A stretch of 64,000 bases of DNA from Candidatus Doudnabacteria bacterium (GTDB taxonomy: Bacteria; Patescibacteriota; Doudnabacteria; UBA920). This document shows, one piece after another, positions 58,256 through 64,000 of the stretch. Numbering within the stretch: position 1 is the first letter of the stretch; the number at the start of each line of letters is the position of its first letter. The translations under genes and the position numbers were made by a program. Location: NCBI GenBank assembly GCA_963768175.1, contig CAVYGQ010000001.1, forward strand, positions 702,305 through 766,304, in the 5' to 3' direction. The notes under the pieces were generated by a model, which was given only the letters and a program-made list of their open reading frames with translations, did not search any database and was not told where the DNA came from.

Positions 58256-59314
58256 TTAGCTTTCCTTCCACAACTCGCAGAGCTGGAAAAGATGCTGGGC
58301 GTAGTCGAGCTTGATCGCGTGCCAGAGCTTGGACTGCTTGCGGCACTCCTCGTAGGCCTCTTTGATCCGGTCGTTGCCGTAAAGGCTTGCCCACGCAATC
58401 ATCTGGTAGATGACGTTGGTTTCCGGAAATTGCGTTACCACTTCTCCGTGCTCGATCAGGGTCTTGATCTGCTCGGCCGGCATGCCAACGCTGATACCGG
58501 AGTCGCCGAAGCTTTTGGCCATTTTCGGATGGCCGTTAAAGCCCCGCATCACTCCGGAGTACATGGCGGCGTAATGCTTGCCCTGAAACCATTCGGGGTG
58601 TTGCTCGGCTGCCCCTTTGACGGCGAGCCGGCCGAAATTGACGTACTTGTGCTCGTCTATCCCCAAAACCACCAGCACGGCTTTGAATCCGCCGTGGCTG
58701 AGAAGTTCGAGGAAGTCGGCGATCATGAGGTTGAGCGACAGCTTCCGCCGGTAGCTCATCAGAGGGTCGACCTTGCCGCTGCGGGAGTAAAAATCGTGCA
58801 TGTCTTCCTCGGCCGCATCGAACATCTCGTCCTGCATGTAGTGGCCGATGAGGTAGGCCAGCCGCAGGGTCGTCAGGGAATCGTACTGGTTCCGCAGTGA
58901 GTTGGGAGGCGCCTGATTGAACCCGAGGTTGAGAATAAACCTCCGGTAGCAATCAGCCAATTTGCGCGTGTAATCCAGCCCTTTGGATCTGCCGTTGTAG
59001 GCATCGAGGTCGCCCAGAACGATCTGAACGGGAATTCCGTTCCGTTGCAGGCGCAACACGCGCAGGATCTGCCCGAGAGTCCCGGCGTGGGGAACCCCGG
59101 ACATGCCGAAGCCCGTTGAGACGGTGACGTTTTGTCCGGCCTGGCTTGCTTCCGCAAATGCCCGGCCGTTCATATGACACAGCCAGAGCCGCTGCAAATC
59201 CTCCCTGGCCATTTGGCCCAGGGAGAAAGTGATCTGCTCGAACTCCAGCGGGCTGTAGCCGAACTCTGCCATCACTTTTCCGTAATACTCGGGACCGAAG
59301 TCCACATCACTCAT
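58256..59314 (-). CDS. Class Ic aaRS paralogue resembling archaeal/eukaryal TrpRS
   Basis: YGKVMAEFG, TGFGMSGVPHAGT (HIGH-like), LGDLDAY, LGIDEHKY, KMAKS. GAGGAGG SD. Confidence 0.75.
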   Translation of the reverse strand: MSDVDFGPEYYGKVMAEFGYSPLEFEQITFSLGQMAREDLQRLWLCHMNGRAFAEASQAGQNVTVSTGFGMSGVPHAGTLGQILRVLRLQRNGIPVQIVLGDLDAYNGRSKGLDYTRKLADCYRRFILNLGFNQAPPNSLRNQYDSLTTLRLAYLIGHYMQDEMFDAAEEDMHDFYSRSGKVDPLMSYRRKLSLNLMIADFLELLSHGGFKAVLVVLGIDEHKYVNFGRLAVKGAAEQHPEWFQGKHYAAMYSGVMRGFNGHPKMAKSFGDSGISVGMPAEQIKTLIEHGEVVTQFPETNVIYQMIAWASLYGNDRIKEAYEECRKQSKLWHAIKLDYAQHLFQLCELWKES

Positions 59315-59438
59315 AGAACTTTCCTCCTCAGGAATGGAACGTACTTCATAGCAGGCTTTCTGCCTACTAAAAAGCCCCTTCTATACACTCAATAAATTGG
59401 GCTTTTTAATGTGCAGACGGGCTTGTTTTTGACCCTAA

Positions 59439-59467
59439 ATTATAATGAATTTTAGAAATTATTACAA
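59439..59467 (-). promoter_or_regulatory. Promoter of the aaRS-like/TrpD-like operon
   Basis: TTGTAA-17-TATAAT. Confidence 0.6.
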
Positions 59468-59506
59468 GTGCCTAAATACTTCAAGTAATTCCCATGGTAT
59501 GATTAG

Positions 59507-60778
59507 TTGATGGATACAAAAATCAACTTATTAAACTGGGTTAAAAAATACGACATTTGGCTAATTATACTTTTAGCCTTTTTGGTGCGGATAATCGGCT
59601 TTAGGTGGATGGGTTATACCAACTTTCCGGAATTTTACCGTGACTACTATATGGTCAGCCATATTGCGCACGGCACGGTTGTTTTGCTCGGGCCCCCTTC
59701 CATGCTCCACGGCTTCCACTTTGGCCCGTTTTACTATTATTCCTTGCTACCATTTTATTTGCTGTTTGGGGGGCATCCGTTTGGCCTGATCTTTACCGGA
59801 ATTGTCTTTTCCGTATTAAGCGTTTATGCTCTTTTTAAAGTTTTACTATTATGGTCGGGTAGCCGCGCCGCGGCATTGGTAGGCGCCCTGTTTATGGCGC
59901 TTTCCGTCTACAGCCTGCATTTGGCTTCCTATGTTTCCAATCCTAATTTCCTGCCGTTGTTTGTGCTGTGGTACTTTTACTATTTGACCAAAATATTAAC
60001 CGGCGACAAGCCGACGGACTATGTTTATTTGGGGCTCGCTTTCGGGCTTAGCACCCAACTTCATGCTACGGCCATGATAGTATTACCGCTAGTGACCCTG
60101 ACCGCGCTGATTTTGCATAAATACCGGCCCCGACTAAAAACTTCCGGCATTTTTTTTGCGGCCGCGGTTTTTACCTATTTACCCTATTTATTTTACGAGT
60201 TTACCCACCACTTTGAAAATTTTAGGCGCCTGTTTATTTTAGGCACCAAAGAGTTGGCTGGCGGCCGTTATGCCTCGGGACTTAACGCGATCTGGAACTT
60301 TTTCCAGGGGACCCTAACGCCGTTTAACTATTGGTATGGCTATAGCAACATCCAGCCGAATATTTTATATTTGGTTGTTGCCATATTCGCTGTGGTCGCG
60401 CTGATTATGCTGCTATATAGAATTTTTATAAAGCGCCGGCCCGCACAGGCTTGCTTTAAAATTTCCAAAACGGGGTATTCCATAATTTTATCCTGGATAA
60501 TTTTTACCTGCGCCGTTTTGCTGCTGTTTGCCCGAGGTGTCCATGACCACTATATTATTATTCTCTGGCCGGTACCGATGATAATTCTAACTTACGCGGT
60601 TTTTTGGATGAAAGCCAGATTTAATGTTTTTGCCTCACTGCTCGCCCTGATTATAGTTACTTCCCTGCTGCAAATTTATTCCTTTTACCAATCCGGCCAT
60701 ACCCCCTGGTCGGAATTTATGCCGACCTACCAAAAGCAATACCAAAATGCCCCGGGGGTTTCGGAAATCGGTTCATAG
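59507..60778 (+). CDS. ArnT/PMT-like (GT-C) membrane glycosyltransferase
   Basis: RDYY...LLGPP...GPFYYY, SNPNFLP, QLH, many TM segments. Confidence 0.85.
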   Translation: MMDTKINLLNWVKKYDIWLIILLAFLVRIIGFRWMGYTNFPEFYRDYYMVSHIAHGTVVLLGPPSMLHGFHFGPFYYYSLLPFYLLFGGHPFGLIFTGIVFSVLSVYALFKVLLLWSGSRAAALVGALFMALSVYSLHLASYVSNPNFLPLFVLWYFYYLTKILTGDKPTDYVYLGLAFGLSTQLHATAMIVLPLVTLTALILHKYRPRLKTSGIFFAAAVFTYLPYLFYEFTHHFENFRRLFILGTKELAGGRYASGLNAIWNFFQGTLTPFNYWYGYSNIQPNILYLVVAIFAVVALIMLLYRIFIKRRPAQACFKISKTGYSIILSWIIFTCAVLLLFARGVHDHYIIILWPVPMIILTYAVFWMKARFNVFASLLALIIVTSLLQIYSFYQSGHTPWSEFMPTYQKQYQNAPGVSEIGS

Positions 60779-60863
60779 ACGCCAACAAGGGGCATCCTTT
60801 CGCGGCGAAAGGATGCCCCTTGTTTGATTTTGATTAGACCTAATTATTGTATATAATACTCAT

Positions 60864-61349
60864 ATGCCACCGACAAAATTTAAAAATTTAGGCGTAAAAA
60901 AGAAGGGTTTCCCACATAAACCCGACAAGCATATCTTGGAAAGCTTCCAAAACCTACACCAAAACCAGCTATATTTAGTCTCTTTAGTATGCACAGAATT
61001 TACCTCCATTTGCCCCATTACGGGCCAGCCGGATTTTGGCAAATTTGAAATTGTTTACGTTCCCGACAAAAAAATAGTGGAGTCCAAATCTTTAAAGCTT
61101 TATTTGTTTTCTTTCCGCGACCACGGCGAGTTTCACGAAGACGCTACAAACCGGATTTTTCAGGACTTGTGGGAGCTAATACAACCAAAATTTATGCGCA
61201 TTATCGGCGACTTTAACGTCCGCGGCGGCATAGCTATTAAACCTCTAGTGCAAAAGTTCTCTGCCGAGGCCAAAAGACACCGGCAGGAAATTTTAGATAT
61301 GCTGGCTGGCTGGGACAATACTAACGGTAAACCGTTTACCATCGTTTAA
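60864..61349 (+). CDS. queF: NADPH-dependent preQ0 reductase, type I
   Basis: EFTSICPITGQPDF, VESKSLKLYL, FHE, FNVRGGI. Confidence 0.93.
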   Translation: MPPTKFKNLGVKKKGFPHKPDKHILESFQNLHQNQLYLVSLVCTEFTSICPITGQPDFGKFEIVYVPDKKIVESKSLKLYLFSFRDHGEFHEDATNRIFQDLWELIQPKFMRIIGDFNVRGGIAIKPLVQKFSAEAKRHRQEILDMLAGWDNTNGKPFTIV

Positions 61350-61377
61350 AATACAGGCTAGCCCATACTATAAAATT

Positions 61378-61890
61378 ATGGATAGAAAAATTTTAAAAGT
61401 GACCGTTGCTGCGCTAGCTTCGGCTTATTTTTTTTCTTGCATAGCCAACCCCGGGCAATGGCATTTTATTGACGGGGTTAATTTGTTGGTCCACGAAGGC
61501 GGCCATGTAATTTTTTCCCCATTTGGGATGTTCCTGTATATTCTGGGAGGCAGTCTAACGCAGGTCTTGGTGCCTTTGCTGTTTGTTTTTTACTTTTTTC
61601 ATTTCGGCCAAAAATATTCCGCCAGTCTGACGCTTTTTTGGGTGGGGGAAAGTTTGCTGAATGTTTATCTTTACGCGGCGGACGCACAAAAAATGCAGCT
61701 GCAGCTGCTGTTCGGCGATAACTCTATCCATGACTGGAACTGGCTGCTTATTTATACCGGACAGCTTCACCATACCAAAGGCATTGCAACATCTATTGAA
61801 ATTTTGGGAATTATTGCCATTATTATGGCGGCATGCGGGGCATTTTATTTTGCATGGACGCAAAAAAACCAGTTACAACGAGACCTATGA
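61378..61890 (+). CDS. Membrane protein with HExxH (peptidase M50-like)
   Basis: LVHEGGH, LGGS, HDW. Confidence 0.75.
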   Translation: MDRKILKVTVAALASAYFFSCIANPGQWHFIDGVNLLVHEGGHVIFSPFGMFLYILGGSLTQVLVPLLFVFYFFHFGQKYSASLTLFWVGESLLNVYLYAADAQKMQLQLLFGDNSIHDWNWLLIYTGQLHHTKGIATSIEILGIIAIIMAACGAFYFAWTQKNQLQRDL

Positions 61891-62968
61891 TTAGTAAATC
61901 TAAACTGATTTTAGCCATAGAAACCAGCTGCGACGAAACAGCCGCTGCGGTTTTGTCATATACCCCCCCTTTAATCCCCCCCTTTTTAAGGGGGGAAACA
62001 GGGGGGGTTGGCCAAAAATAAAAACCTTATCCTCGGTGGTCAAATCCCAAATTCCCATCCACAAATTGTTTGGCGGGGTGGTGCCGGAAGCGGCGGCACG
62101 GGCGCATGTCAAAAATATTTTACCAGTTGTGGAAAAAGCCCTATCTACCAGCCACTGTTCATTATCCACTATTGATTATATTGCCGTTACCCAAGGACCG
62201 GGGCTTATCCCATCACTAATTGTCGGCGTGGAATTTGCCAAGGCGCTGTCGCTGGCAACAAAAAAACCCATAATCCCGGTAAACCACATGCTGGGGCACC
62301 TATACTCGCCTTTTGGCCGCCTACAAGCTACTAGCTACAAGCTACAAGCTAACTTGTTCCCGATTATATCCCTGATAGTTTCCGGCGGGCATACCATTTT
62401 AACGCTAATGGAAAATGAAAAAAAATACAAAGTCCTCGGACAAACCGTGGACGACGCCGCAGGCGAATCTTTTGATAAGATAGCCAAACTTTTAGCCCTC
62501 TCCTACCCTGGCGGGCCCCAAGTCAGCCGGCTGGCGGAAAAATCAAAATCCCATATCCAGTTTCCCAGACCGATGATAAATAGCAAAGATTACAATTTTT
62601 CTTTTTCCGGACTGAAAACCGCCGTGCTGTATTATCTGCGCGATAACTCAAAGACAAAAAAAGAAGATGTCTGCAAAGCTTTCCAAGACGCAGCTGTTGA
62701 CGTACTGGTATCCAAAACCCTGCGCGCGGTAAAAGAATACGGCGCCAAATCCGTTAGCCTATCGGGCGGCGTGGCCGCTAATAAAGCTTTACGAAAGGCC
62801 TTAAAGCTTAAATCTGAAATCTTTAATTTAAGTTTTTTTGTTCCCCAAAAAAACTTATGCACGGACAACGCCGAAATGGTAGGCCTGGCCGCGGCTTTTA
62901 TGCTCCATAACGGATTTAAACCAAAAAATTATCGGCAAATAAAAGCCGACTCCAACCTTGAACTTTAA
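61887..62968 (+). CDS. tsaD: tRNA t6A protein TsaD, frameshifted within a homopolymeric palindrome
   Basis: Frame 1 gives ILAIETSCDETAAAV. The -1 frame gives SQIPIH..FGGVVPE.AARAH, HMLGH, VSGGHT, DDAAGE.FDK, TDNAEM. Confidence 0.93.
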
Positions 62969-62992
62969 TTCTCGATGGTTTATACTATATAT

Positions 62993-63213
62993 AAGCTTAT
63001 GTTTTGGCCGTCACCAAAATAAAAAGCGCCGGAAGAAAACAGCCCATAAATGGGCACGCTACAACCCGCACAATGTAGCGCGCCGATTTATCGGCCTGCA
63101 TTAGACCCGGCCGGCAGTCAGCCGTTATCTGATAAAATTAAGTCCGCCAATTGACGGAAATTTGAGATGGTACCGCCCGCGAGGGTTCTCAAGCACCACT
63201 TTGTGGTGTTTTT
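62993..63213 (+). ncRNA. T-box-like RNA
   Basis: Antiterminator-like TTGAGA-TGGTACC-GCCC-GCGA-GGGT-TCTCAA (63162-63192). CCGTTA loop (63122-27). Stem III (63143-58). Promoter TTGAAC-17-TATACT. Terminator 63191-63213. Confidence 0.65.
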
Positions 63214-63251
63214 GTTTACATATATCTATAATATAGAAAACAATCCGCTGA

Positions 63252-63281
63252 CCTGTCCGCCGAAGCTTTAGCGAAGGCGGA
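63252..63281. repeat. Intact 30-nt palindromic element (intergenic copy)
   Basis: CCTGTCCGCCGAAGCTTTAGCGAAGGCGGA, inside an ATCCGCT/AGCGGAT hairpin. Confidence 0.8.
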
Positions 63282-63306
63282 AGCCTCAACCTAAGCGGAT
63301 AAATTT

Positions 63307-64000
63307 ATGAACTATCCGATTATCAACAAAAAAATCATCAAACAACTCCGTTTGCCCAAACCCCGCTCCCATAAACGCGACAACGGCCGGCTGCTGATTA
63401 TTGCCGGCAGCGATAAATATTTTGGCGCCATGATATATGCAATTAAAATCGCTTCACGATTAGTTGATTTGGTTTATTTGCTGACTACGCGGGAAAACCA
63501 AAAGCTCGTTGCAAAATTAAAAATCCAAACCGCGGAATTTATGCCTATAAAAAGTTTTTCCAATTTCCCTCTCCCTCGAGGGAGAGGGCAGGGTGAGGGG
63601 GTAACAAGCGAAGTTGATTGCATTCTAGCCGGCCCGGGTATGGGAATATCGGCCAACACCAAACGATTAGTCTTACAAGTTCTAAAGTCCGACAAAAAAG
63701 CCGTGCTGGATGCCGATGCCTTAAATGTCTTAGACGACAAGCTTAAAAAATACCTTTCTCCATCGCACATTCTCACCCCTCACCATAAAGAATTTTATCG
63801 ATTATTCAGAATTCAAGCCACGACACAAAACGCGTCAAAAATGGCGAAAAAATATCACTGCCACATTGCGCTGAAAGGTCCGGTTGATATTATTGCCGAG
63901 CCAGATGGAAAAGTTGCTTTAAATAAGACCGGAAATGCCGGCATGACCAAAGGCGGCACCGGCGACGTTTTAGCCGGGCTCATTGCCGGATTATACTGCA
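63307..64000 (+). CDS. nnrD: ADP-dependent NAD(P)H-hydrate dehydratase (YjeF C-terminal domain), runs off window edge
   Basis: Manual translation: SHKRDNGRLLIIAGS..YFGA, GPGMG, VLDADAL, LTPHHKEF, LKG, KGGTGDVLAG. Confidence 0.93.
   Translation, partial: MNYPIINKKIIKQLRLPKPRSHKRDNGRLLIIAGSDKYFGAMIYAIKIASRLVDLVYLLTTRENQKLVAKLKIQTAEFMPIKSFSNFPLPRGRGQGEGVTSEVDCILAGPGMGISANTKRLVLQVLKSDKKAVLDADALNVLDDKLKKYLSPSHILTPHHKEFYRLFRIQATTQNASKMAKKYHCHIALKGPVDIIAEPDGKVALNKTGNAGMTKGGTGDVLAGLIAGLYC

Noticed and set aside
58245-58394. 50-aa N-terminal extension of the TrpD-like ORF
   Set aside because: Overlaps the upstream gene; the SD-supported GTG at 58244 is the better start
57132-59314. Tryptophan biosynthesis operon
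   Set aside because: No trpE/G/C/F/A/B, both proteins have altered substrate motifs, and a canonical trpS exists elsewhere in the window
62999-63104. Small basic peptide MFGRHQNKKRRKK... obtainable by deleting one T
   Set aside because: Requires an assumed indel, and the region is better explained as the structured T-box-like RNA

Overview
Bacterial chromosomal window whose style points to Patescibacteria/CPR, possibly Doudnabacteria-like. This is an inference from AT-rich SD-less starts of core genes, type IV pilus genes and large surface proteins with CPR-type C-terminal repeats. The core backbone carries pilC/pilB, uvrA, uvrC, secG, an OppA-like SBP, tRNA-Leu, rnj, trpS, pmm/pgm, ychF, rpsF-ssb-rpsR-efp, gdhA, trxB, csoR, htrA, tRNA-Glu, clpP, nusA, ymdB, rny, queF, a frameshifted tsaD and nnrD. 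Six accessory layers stand out. (1) A foreign six-gene operon (53312-59314): archaeal-type TrpRS-like paralogue, TrpD-like phosphoribosyltransferase with an altered acceptor site, Zn dehydrogenase, HAD phosphatase, an atypical TyrRS and an APH-like kinase, with a HIT gene adjacent. It looks like an uncharacterised pathway for an aminoacyl-nucleoside or aaRS-inhibitor-like compound. (2) Two tandem integrase-less cassettes at the 3' end of tRNA-Glu, each carrying a GIY-YIG gene and att-like arms. (3) A T-box-like RNA after tsaD and a 6S-like rod upstream of rny. (4) About ten scattered strong-SD islets in an otherwise SD-less genome, including PEP-CTERM, dockerin-like and cohesin-like genes. (5) Several palindromic mini-element families inserted in frame, sometimes nested, inside housekeeping genes. 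(6) An intact IS1595-family element. All functional calls come from motif recognition by eye; no searches were run.
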